Assembly: GCA_964035545.1 (NCBI GenBank)
Contig: OZ037766.1
Coordinates: 11,956,722-12,020,721 of the forward strand
Length of the DNA: 64,000 nucleotides
Source of the DNA: Bugula neritina
Taxonomy: Eukaryota > Animalia > Bryozoa
Direction of reading: 5' to 3'
Within the stretch, counting starts at the first letter, position 1; each line of letters begins with the position of its first letter. Position numbers and translations under genes: made by a program. The notes under the pieces are model-generated. The model was not told the DNA's origin, did not search any database, and was given only the letters and a program-made list of their open reading frames with translations. Of this stretch, positions 52,929 to 64,000 are shown one piece after another.

Positions 52929-55900
52929 ATGGGGCTGCATACTTCTCTCGCTACAGGACTTTTCTTCTTATATCTTCATTTTTTGAGTGTTATTCGTAAG
53001 TAAAGCTTTAGTTAAATTTATGTATAAAGTTACTTGGAAAAATATGGGTTAATAAACATACACTCTCATGCTAAAAGTAAATCTAATGCTAGCTTGTAGT
53101 CAGCTTAATTATAGTTTATTGTTATAACTTGCTTATAGTTTTGTGCGTTTACAGCTACTGTAGCTGAAATCAAGCTGTTTTTCAGTTTCTCATGTTTCTT
53201 AGAGGTACATAGGTGCAGTAATGGAGGAAGTGAGAAAAGCCTGTGTTCTAGATTAGAAATGTAGCAAAAGAATTAGTTTCAACTTTCACCCCAAACCAAA
53301 GTTTAACAAGAAAATTAAAAAACTTAGGCTAATACAGTTTCTCCACTATACTGCTCCTAAATGCCATGTTTTTGTGCAAAACTTTTAGCTTAAATTTTTA
53401 TTGCCAATGGTTAGAATTGGAGTGAAGCTGCTACTCTGTAAATACTGTTTCCTCTAATTATTTTCTTAGGAGGCAGTCTGTATGGGAAGCTTTTTGCATT
53501 AATGCTTTTTTGTTTGCTGTACGTAACTGAAATTAAAACAAATAAGATACAAAACAAATGCAATTTTTATAAGTTAAAATTAGTAATATACTGAGATTTT
53601 TAATATTTGCTGGCCAATTTCTCCAATAGTTTATGAAAAAATCTATTTCCTCAAGTCAGAAATAAGGTTGATTCAAATAGCCTCAAATTTTTATTTCAAT
53701 GGTGTAACTGCAAATCTGTTTTACAGATGCTGACTTCTGTTTTAAAAAAGTTCATGGTTCACACCCGTCAGATCCTTCTAGAACTGTATGCAGAGGTCTC
53801 ATAGACAAGTCTTTTCCTTCTCTACGAGCTTGCTGCGAAAAGGATAGTGCTGCTGCATACCACAGTGAATTAGTAAGTTACCTGATAGCACTAATCAACT
53901 TCTACTCTTGCACAGCAATGTGTGTTGCTTTTAGTATTTCATGTGTTTATATATTATTTTGAGTTGTATATAATGTGGTAAACTGCTGACCAAAAGTTAC
54001 AGTAAAACTGAAAGATGTGCCCATCAACACTCACTTAATATCTGGTAGACAGCTCCCATTAATAAAAAATAAAGTTGTGAAGCTGTAAACGTAAAATTAA
54101 TGAAAATCAGAGTAGAAAATCTCACAATGAAATATGGCGCTGGCATTTTATGCCTTGTGCAATTACTTTTGATATCGGTTGTAGCTATTTCAATACTTTC
54201 GGCAGAACGCAAAGAACTTTGTAGATAAAAAATAACTAGTAAGATTCACACCAACAAAGAGTAAAATAGTGTAACACAGGCTAATCAACTGCTAACTGCT
54301 CAAATAAGTTGCATCTTACCCAGGCTTTAAATTCTGCTAAATGTTGATTTACAGTTATCAAAAATACTTGACAACAGCAAATGGTAAAAAGTGGTATTCC
54401 AATGCATGGCTTCATCCCCGTTCTTTGAGTCCAGTTAATTTAGTAGTTTACAATTTATTTAGTCAACATAGAATACTGGCAGTTGATTATTCTTATCCGT
54501 CTTTGTTAGTAAAAATGTAGGTTTCATTCAGCTATAACTAAGATAACACTATATATACATCATTAGCATAAGTTACCCAAAGATTTATTTGGAGATTGCA
54601 AAAGCAGTGAAAAATTGAAAATATTTTCCCATCGCTGTGTTCTGAAACTATTATATGAATGTCATTGTTTTTGAGTTATTCGCAAACACATTTGATTTAC
54701 TGTTTTACTTTTATTCCAAAAATTAAGACTTGGAACAATCTTTAACGAACAATGTGTAACTATATTATCATAAATTTTCTGAGAAAGGGATTCATCACCA
54801 TGTTTTGACATACTACAAGTCAAAATATATATGAGGCATTTAGTAACTGAACTTTAATTGAACAGTCAGAAGCTATTAGAGTTATTTTATTTATTTTTCA
54901 TCCTGCGGGTCATAGAAAGTGAACTTTCAGAGGTTAAGGTCAAATTGTTAGGTGTGAATAATAAAATAGCTTGTCACAATTGGCTAAACAATCTTGCCTA
55001 CCCATTTCATGTGTAACTTAGGCAGTTTTGAGGTTTATTTTCTAAAAATCTTGGTTTGAAGAGCAAGAGAGTTGGGTAGGAGTTTGAAAACTTGCAAACA
55101 TATTTTAGAATATTATGAAACTTTTAAAACTGCCACAACTGTACATAATTTAAATTTTATTTTCTTAGCTAATAAAAACCTATATTTAGTGCTTTCTAAT
55201 ATTTTTGCAAATTATATTTATAAAATACATGTTATTGGAAGCTTCAACTTCTATGTAATAGCCCTACTTACTAAAATTACACAAGTCAATCAAAATGTGT
55301 TATTGAACTCCTCATAACCTCATTATCATCCCCTAGGCTAATTGGTTCAGTGCCTTATATTTAGATGAAACTCAAGGAAAACAAACTACATACAAATTAT
55401 TGTATGAAAATTATTTGAATTCAAAAGCTACATAGAAAAGAAAGGATGATTTCCAAATAACTGATTGGTAACACATCTATGATCAACATAATAACTTCGA
55501 AAGCTTCTTTGCTACTGGTGTATATTTTTATGACTCATAACACTTAACGATTTTGGCCCTTAAGCTGTCTACAGCTTTAGAAATAGTTTTATTGTAAAAC
55601 TCATCTTCGGTTATCAAAATCAGCCTGCTTAATCTGAATTTCAAACCAGTTGATATAAGAAATAAATTGCTGCCAACAGTCAAAGCCTAATATATTTCTA
55701 CTTTGTGGGGGGGAGGGGGGAATTATGATTTAGATGATGGATATGATAATTTTTTTAGATACACTAATAACTGACCACAGTTCATAAAACTATAGTGGCT
55801 ATGAACTGTAATACATTTGCCTAGGATTTTTTACTTTTGAAAAAATGCTGATGACTTATTTTAAGATGTTTTACAGAAAGCCTTCCATGATTTAAACTTT

Positions 55901-58900
55901 TGAGAATAAGTTGATGTGATTATGTTGAATGATGGAGTGAAGTAGCAGTTGCAAACCAACTAGTCTAGGCTGTTTCAGTTGATGTATCAACAGCTGTGTT
56001 TGGCTGAGAGAGTGACATTACTTCTAAAAACAATATTTAATTAGGTCAATCATGTTATGTACAGGAAATGCAGACCCATTTCACTGTTTACATTGTGACA
56101 AACTGTTGTTTCAATACCCCTCATTATTATCTAAGTTGAAGTAGCTCTGTTTATTTACACTTGAAGACTATAAATTGAAAATAATTGTACAATTTGATTG
56201 ATGGGACTTGACAATGCCTATACTCTATAGTCTATAGTCTATGGCATTTGCTAGGCTGTCACAGTAATACTGTGTAAACGTTTTTTTGACCATTTGTTTC
56301 AACTCTAAACTAGAAACAGTTGTTTGCAATAAGAAAAATCACACTAAGATTTTTACACCATTGATGGGATAAAAGTTGAATGTTGAAATTATTGTATGTA
56401 GTGTAATATACATGATCTGTATATCTGCTATATTTTCTGAAGTAGGTGCATTAATAGAAAAATTGAGAAAAGCCTGTGTTCTAGACTTATGTTCTCAAAA
56501 AAATTTCAACCCATGCCTAGAGCAAAATTTATTAAGAAAATTAAACAACTTGGGCTAATAAAATATGGCTACTCCTGCACTTAGACGATTTTCTGAGACA
56601 GATACCACTGGGTAAGAGAAAGAAGAAATGGGAATGCATAGCCTGCCCAGCAGTATCTGACGTAATACACGACCAGTTTGTGAAGGTGGAGGGAGCTGGG
56701 TGGTCTGAATGGGGAGAATGGTCAGCTTGCAGCAAAACCTGCTCTATTGGCTCTAAAACCAGACAGAGAATATGCCAAGATACTAATTCCTCCAACTGTG
56801 ACGGGGTGTCAACCTTAAGGATGTCTTGTATAGATGCTGTGGACTGTCCTGGTAAGTATAGCAAGGAGATTGTAGACCTAGCTAGTTGTGGTCTTGCAAG
56901 ATTATTATAGGGGTACTTGAAAAAAACTCATGCCAGTTTATAGTTGCTATCCCTGTAAGAGCCCCTGATGGAAAGGGTTTTTTAAAGCGGGCTAAAGATT
57001 TATTCATACAGGCACAGGAGCAATTATGACTGGATGCTCTTCCCAACATCACCAATGGCCTTTACTAAGCCAACCATTTAATCCCTAGACCACGGCTGCT
57101 CCATAGGGGTACTTTACAGACAAATATAATTTAATGCAAATATTATAAGGATGAATATTTATAATGTTGTAGTTGATGGTGTTTGGGGTCCTTGGTCAAC
57201 ATGGAGTGAATGCACCAAGACTTGTTCTGGTGGTGTGACAGAAAGATTTCGGCAGTGCAACAATCCTGCACCCAAGTTCGGAGGGAAAAGGTGTGCAGGA
57301 AACAGGACGGAGACGCTGCCTTGTAATGAACAGGGCTGCCCTGGTAGTTATCTACACATATTGGCTAAATACTGTATAAAATATGGATTATGTATCTACA
57401 GCTACCCACAGGTGTTCACTAATTATATTCTCTGTAAGGGTTTCATCACTGCATTATACATCTACTTCACTGATACAAATTCACACTTCATACCTTGGAA
57501 GAAAGTATTAGCTTCATAAACTTGTTAATATTTCATATGTTCTAATTTTGCTTTTCAGAAACAATAGCAAAATTTTGAGTGCTATTATATCAACTTATCG
57601 AGCCAATTAATATAAAATATCGTGCATTATAACAAGAAATTACAAGTTTATGTAAAAGCGCAAGTTTAATGATCGCAATACTCTGCCAATATTTTGTATG
57701 AGCATATTTATTTTTATCAATAGCTTCTGCAAGTACTAATTTGTAAAGGCAATAAATAGTTTTACTATTAATTTTATTTAATTGTCCAGTATAAGCTATA
57801 ATTTTAACTTTTAGATTGAAATAGCCAGTTGAGGTTAAATCTCTCTGTTATAACATTTATGTTTTTAGTAAGTCAAAAGGGATTGTGTTTGAATATGTAT
57901 ATTATTATTATTATTATTATTGTAAGAATTGCATTAGTAGTGGAAGTCAATTTTGCATCATTCAGCTGTGTATGAATGCATTATTTATTTGTATATAAGT
58001 AAATCATCTAGTGTCAATATCTGTATGATTAACTGGATGAAGCTGCATATCCAAGTATATCTATATCTATTCACGATGGTCATTCACATTATTTACCTTG
58101 CACTTGAATCAACTAATTAAAAACAAAGATTGGTAACATGTGAATGGCCTAAGATCTTCAATTTCTCTAATTAAGCCCACTCAGTTTCGAGTGAAAGAGT
58201 TTCATAATTTGTAGTAATTTGAATTATTGATGTAGTTGATGGAGGCTGGTCGGCGTGGGTCAGCGACAGTTCGTGCAGCGTGACTTGCGGAAAAGGCACG
58301 CTTACTATGAGAAGGCAGTGTGACAGTCCGTCTCCTCAATATGGCGGCAGCAACTGCTCTGGTCCTGAAGTAAAAACACAAAAATGCGATGCCGGCATTC
58401 TCTGTCCAAGTATGCTTCTATCAGCCGTAAACTCTTGAATTGACTTTAAAACATTAATTTGTCAACTTTTGATCCTGATAAGCATACTTGCATACATTTA
58501 TGATACGGTAATTTTCAATATGTTGCCAAAGTTTTTGTTTGTACTTTAGTTAAATTTTGATTAGGTTGTACATTATCTGCATGTCTAGAACATGCAGCAC
58601 ATGCAGCACATTTGCACAATTATAGAAACTTGAACAATATAATGCCAGTTGCTTCACTAATTACAACGTAATATACCATGATAGAGAGTATAATATAATG
58701 TAATATAACAGACTATGGGACTATACTTTATAGTATAACACTATAGAAGTTGTAATCTGTGTTTTGCTCATACTTTACCTTTGTAGTACACGGTCAGTGG
58801 TCATTATGGTCGAGATTTACTTCCTGTTCAGGATCTTGCGGAAAAGGAAGCAGACAAAGATTCCGAGCATGTGTTGCACCAAAGCCATTACATGGAGGTC

Positions 58901-61377
58901 GAGATTGTGTCGGTACCTCAATAGACAATCAAGTGTGTTACAGCCATAGCCCATGTCCCAGTGAGTGTCGGTTTTTACTAGTGCGCATGAAATTGATAAT
59001 CCATAAATAAGTTAAAAATCATAAAACTGCATTACTAACAGGGTCATTAAATGCACATGAAATGTTTCAATATTGTAGTTGTTGTTGTAATTAATTCAAA
59101 ATGTAATTTGTTGCTGTGTTTAGGCATGAAAAGGCTTAAAGAAAAAAAACTAAAATATTTTATTAGCTAGTTAACAACAAGATAGGATGGTAATTATTTT
59201 TAGTTGATGGAGGTTGGTCACGGTGGAGTAGCTGGGGAATCTGTCTCGCCAGACCTTGCTCTAACAGCTCTGGATTGCAGACCAGATCTAGAACATGCTC
59301 TAGCCCACTTCCTAGGTTCAAGGGAAAGCTTTGCGATGGTGCTACAACACAAACACAGCAATGTTATTTTAATGAGAACTGCCCAGGTAAGATACATAAG
59401 TCGTTGCTAATGGTCTACTACATGCAGAACGTAGACTGCAGCCATAAACATTGTTACAATAATAGTTATTATAGTTTGACCACACCTAAAGCAGTGCCGG
59501 CTGTAAATCTATTTATGTTTATGATTAAGATACCCAAAAATACATTAGCTTTCAGTTAAATACCTTTTTTATGGTTGTTAGCCCAAGCAATTTGGTTTTA
59601 TAGTAAATTTGGTTTGCACAGCCTTTAATTAATTGCTATTTCGGCTCATCTGCTGGTGTGGTTTGACTGGTGCCTGCTAGAAAACTAATGTCATATTCAT
59701 ACTAACACTGACTCATATATCAGTGTTCATAAACAACAAACATTTGATGATAAAGCATTGTTATCATCTAACCAATATGATCTGGGTTAGTCTACTGGAA
59801 TTATCACCTCTTGTGAATATGGCATACCCTAACTTTTATTAGATGTTATTCTTAATTCCTGTAATGCACATTGAGTAAACTATGGTATGCGTAGCATCGA
59901 ATTGAAAAAATTTAGATGAATTTCTACAAGTAACCAGTACAAAGAAACCAGGCTATATTTGCTAGTTTCAGTTATAACTAGCTGTATTTACCAAATGTCT
60001 TGCCAAAGACAGCTTTTGCTAACTATCTGGCGCTTCAAAGTTTCAACTGCAATTTTGTTGAAGCAAGTGAAGTAATTGAAGGCATGTATGCACAAAATAT
60101 AATGCAACATTAATTTGGTTGAATATGCAACCTTGAAGCTCTATTTGGATTGTTGCCAAGATATTTCTGCAGAGTTTAATAATACATAATGCAAATTTAA
60201 TTGAACAACTCTGCTTTAATATTTCTTCATAAGATTGAGTTTAAAGATAGAAAATGCAGGCTGTGAATTCTATATACTATTTAGTAGAGAACCGGATCAA
60301 TCACAGGTTTAATATTAAGACTTGTATAAAAGCATGTATATTACATGGGATCTTAAGATTGTATAGCAGTTATATGAGTTAGTGTTAAATTAATAATGGT
60401 TATGTTTTATAGTACAGTGCCTACAAACCAAACGAAAAAATTGTGATACAGAGTACATGAAAATTATTATGTTCATGTGTACTAGACAACTTGTGATTAG
60501 ATTCTTTGTGAACAAATCATTATAATGTGCTGATCACTTATTTGTCTGCTTGCAGTACATGGGCAATGGTGTGAATGGCAACCATTCAGCGAGTGTAGGA
60601 AGGGGGAAAATAACATTAACTTTCAAATCAGAACTCGAAATTGTACCTGTCCTTTTCCCAAACATGGAGGCAACACATGCATAGGTGAGAGACAGCTTCT
60701 CTATACGCATAATGCTTGTATGAGAAGACAACTCTATAATCTTATATCTAGGTATACATTACAAATGCCATATTGGCTATTGAGCTGAAAGGAGGTAAAT
60801 TCTACCGTTCACTCAGTTCATATTCTGAGTATCAAAGAGTAACAAAAGTGTGTATAGCTGGTATAATTTATTTCAACGCCAAATCTGAAGACAACACTAT
60901 TTTCAGAACAGATTGAATGCTGACGCAGCACTGAGGCGTTAATGGAAATCTGCATTACAGTGCAATAAATAGGGCATCTGGTAACAGTGCGGTATAGCTT
61001 TGCTTTTATACCAGCACCTGGTTAGTCGTGGCATAGTTCATAATGGGTAATGTTAAAATAGCAGTGTTGATAATAAATTATTCCCTAATATTGAAATGCT
61101 ATGCTGTAGAGTGTAGATAAACGGTTGAACCATAATTTTCAAATTTCAGGTACTAATTTTTATGTTTGTTGGTAGTTTTTCTATAATTTTTTTCTTAATC
61201 ATGTAATCAGATTAATGAAGCTCATATATATAACTAGTGAAAATTATTTTATTAGGTGATGACTATCAATTAAACCGATGTCAAATATCGCATGACAACA
61301 AAGAAAGTCCACAAAGGTGCAACAGCTTGCCTACAGAAGGTTCTGGCATTTTTGATGATGAAGACAATTCTTGCTAA
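52929..61377 (+). CDS. Properdin-like secreted protein: signal peptide, 6-Cys TB-like domain, six TSP1 repeats and an acidic tail, 471 aa
   Basis: Nine exons: 52929-52995, 53727-53872, 56602-56851, 57173-57343, 58236-58409, 58787-58960, 59204-59386, 60556-60684 and 61256-61377. They sum to 1416 nt, in frame. The TSR exons are joined by phase-1 introns and carry WxxW(xxW), CSxTC/CSVTCG and RxRxC motifs. Confidence 0.85.
53210..53359. mobile_element. MITE family A, copy 2
   Basis: TAGGTGCAGT...ACTGCTCCTA ends; the interior matches 22631-22794. Confidence 0.75.
56443..56583. mobile_element. MITE family A, copy 3
   Basis: TAGGTGCATT...CTGCACTTA ends with a GAGAAAAGCCTGTGTTCTAGA interior. It ends 18 nt upstream of a coding exon. 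Confidence 0.7.
56937..57102 (-). mobile_element. tRNA-derived SINE, copy 2 (B box deleted)
   Basis: Aligns with 25639-25858 along its length. It starts GGAGCAGCCGTGGTCTAGGG on the minus strand and lacks the B-box/poly-C segment. Confidence 0.78.
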
Positions 61378-62639
61378 ATTATAATATTCTATTTTGGTAT
61401 CGTTATCTTAATTTATTGTTGATAAACACAGTTGGACATGTGCACAAGCTCGTTGTAGATATTCAGCTAGAAGACTTATTGTATATTGAAAAACAATACA
61501 TACATGAAGGCTTTGGTAATTAATGTGATCCAACTCATATCAACCTGATCTCTGGTTCCCCTTTATAATTTAAAGTTTTTGTGAAATAATTATACAAGTG
61601 AAACTAATATTTTTAACTTGTTGAATGCCAGGTAGTGCTCTTAGGCAATTATGGCTAAACAACTGTCTCAAAAGTGATGTACTAAAAGGAAGGACCAGCC
61701 CAACAGTTGCCAAGCCACAGTGAACCTACATTAGTGTTGATGTTGCTTTCCAATTGGCCAATAATAAGCTGCTTTAAGTGTGTATTCATCGATGTGATTG
61801 TTGTACGATTTATACAGCATACTCCGAAGACGAACATGCCTTCACTAACAAGCAGATGTATGCAATATCTTGATAAGACCACTGATTATTTATATACTAT
61901 TATGTTTAAATGTACATTTTGGTAGTGAAATTAAAAACTAGCAAATATTTTCTGTGGCTTGGGTTTGTGGAGCTCCTTAAATGGGCCCATCAATATCAAA
62001 GCACATGTAAGCCTTTTGCAAAAGGTATAATACAGACTTGAGCTCAAGCCAAGATGTGTGATAACAAACAATTTCAGTAATCGAAACAAATTATCATTAT
62101 TAAATTCAAGAAATTATTTTAATAACGAATACCAGGCAAATAGTTACTTATAGCAAGTAAAAAAATAAACAAAATATTGACACACAGTACCTATCTGAGA
62201 TTAGCGGACTTCAAATTAAAAGTATGACATAAAAAATGTATATCCAAATTACTAGCACTCAGTACCTTGAGCAGCTGAAATATGTCGTTATTTAAAATAT
62301 AATGAATGTAAATTTAAACTATAATAACCTTGACAAATGTACAGTAAATAGGCTCTGCTAACATTAAACTTAAATGTTATCCAGCGTATTAATTTCAAGG
62401 AAATATAAAACATAGCATACAGTAATTAGTTCGGTAATGACCAGTAAAACTAAGGTTTGAAGAAATTGAAAACCATTCCAGGCTCTTAAATAGTACAAGC
62501 CAACTTGCATAGGGAAAACTAAAATTTTAGATATGTACATGTTGCATAATAATTCAGCTGAAGCAGTTGATTGACTTCAACAATATCTGTCTGGCATGGT
62601 GGCAGAGAGCAACAAGGTGACAGAGAGGAGAAAACTCCA

Positions 62640-64000
62640 TTATTTGTTTTCTTTTTCCCGATTGTATTCCAATGCATCTGCCCGAGCTCTGTCTCTATAC
62701 TGCTGAGTTGAAAGGCGCTTCAGGCCAGTGAAGTCTTTGAATCTAAGAAGAGGGTATTTGGGGAGAGGAGGCCGTTGGTTGTTGTTGATAGAAGGGCATG
62801 TGCTGTGGTTTCTGTAGAGCTTTGCTGTTCCATCTTTCATTGAGCTGAAATAAGCAATAGGACGATAATAAGAGTTTAGCGGGCTTCTAGAAATTAGCAT
62901 AATATTTATTATGCAGTTTCTCCAAAAAAATTTAAACTGGAAAATATTTTCCCCAATTTAGCTAGAATAGCTTTTTCATTCTAATTTGAAGAGTAAAAAT
63001 AAATCCATAGAAAAACAGTGAATAGAAATTTGGTTAAGGCAGTTCATTTTTTTTAAAAATGGAGACATACTAAATAGTGCTATAGAAATAAATACAAAGA
63101 CTTACCAAGGTCTTTTCAGACCATTTACCACTTGATCTATGTTATCTATCGTCTTAGAGTCAAATCGTTCATATGGATTAAAACGCTTTGAACTTTTGCC
63201 CTACAAGAATAATCATTTCAAATGTTGAATAAAAAGTCACAATTATATTAAAAAGCAATTCAAAATTAAGTTCAGCTACTCAACAGTACATTATTACAAA
63301 ACACTAGAACTTTAACACAAACCTTAATAACTAAAGATTTCATTACTGAAAAGCCTGTATTTCTTGGTTTTACAAAATGGGAACCTTTGTCATAAGTTAG
63401 GTGTTGTGTCGTTTTATCAGTCAGCTGTTGCTGACCATCAACAGGATCACTACGATCATCATGGCCACCGCCTGTAGCGTCATCAGTGGAAATTAAAGCT
63501 TCAGCTTTCAAATGAGTTAAACTTCTCAAGTTATTCTGAATTTTATTAGAATTACTATTAGAATTGATTTTGAGTGTAGGCTTGTTTGATTCATCAGCAA
63601 CAATGTTGGATGATTTGACAGGATTTAGCTTATTGTCGGATGACTTAGTAGCATTCTCACTGCTTGCTTTAGTTGTTCTAGAGGGAATCACTGAATTATG
63701 AGCTGCTTGGCTGGATACTGTATCTTCTTGCCCATTCTGTGTTATCTTCTTATCGGAACTAGATGAATTCACCAATTCAGATCCAGTTGAAGCACCCAAC
63801 GTTTTAGATTTTGCTAGCAACTCTTTAGATGACACTAAATTAGACTCTGATGGTTTGACTTCGTTTTTAGGTGTAGGTTTTGCAAAATGGCCTTTAGCTG
63901 CCAGGTTTTCTTCTTCCTGGTGTTTAGAACTGCTGACAGAAGCATTGTTATCACCAGTGATAGGAGAAACCTGTGCCTCCAGCATTGGTAAAACATTCTT
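62640..64000 (-). CDS. 3' exons of an unidentified gene encoding a Ser/Lys/Asn-rich, probably disordered protein; the 5' part lies beyond the window
   Basis: The frame is open from the window edge to a donor at 63323. It continues through phase-compatible exons 63200-63106 (GKSSKRFNPYERFD...LKRP) and 62844-62640 (...RPPLPKYPLLRFKDFTGLKRL...ENK*). No family was recognised. Confidence 0.65.

Overview
This is AT-rich, intron-rich, gene-dense animal genomic DNA. It is an invertebrate, most plausibly a lophotrochozoan; the lineage is inferred from gene content and compactness only. Nine protein-coding genes can be reconstructed by hand from splice signals. In order they are: the 3' part of a gamma-butyrobetaine dioxygenase-like gene (+), a C9orf85 homolog (-), a 14-exon secreted, probably GPI-anchored Cys-rich DUF7042/7043/7044-type gene (-), p190 RhoGAP (+, about 25 coding exons), MRPS26 (+), CFAP206 (-, with one GC-AG intron), V-ATPase subunit e (+), a 471-aa secreted protein with properdin architecture (TB-like domain plus six TSP1 repeats; +), and the 3' end of an unidentified low-complexity gene (-). 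Mobile DNA includes a decayed R4/Dong-like LINE, a decayed Sola/DUF7869-type DDD transposase next to the MRPS26 promoter, a 5'-truncated LINE tail, two tRNA-derived SINE copies and several MITEs. The two most notable items are the properdin-like gene and the 785-bp divergent promoter region that carries an RFX X-box on the ciliary-gene side and a MiT/TFE M-box on the V-ATPase side. No database searches were run, and family assignments come from motif recognition.
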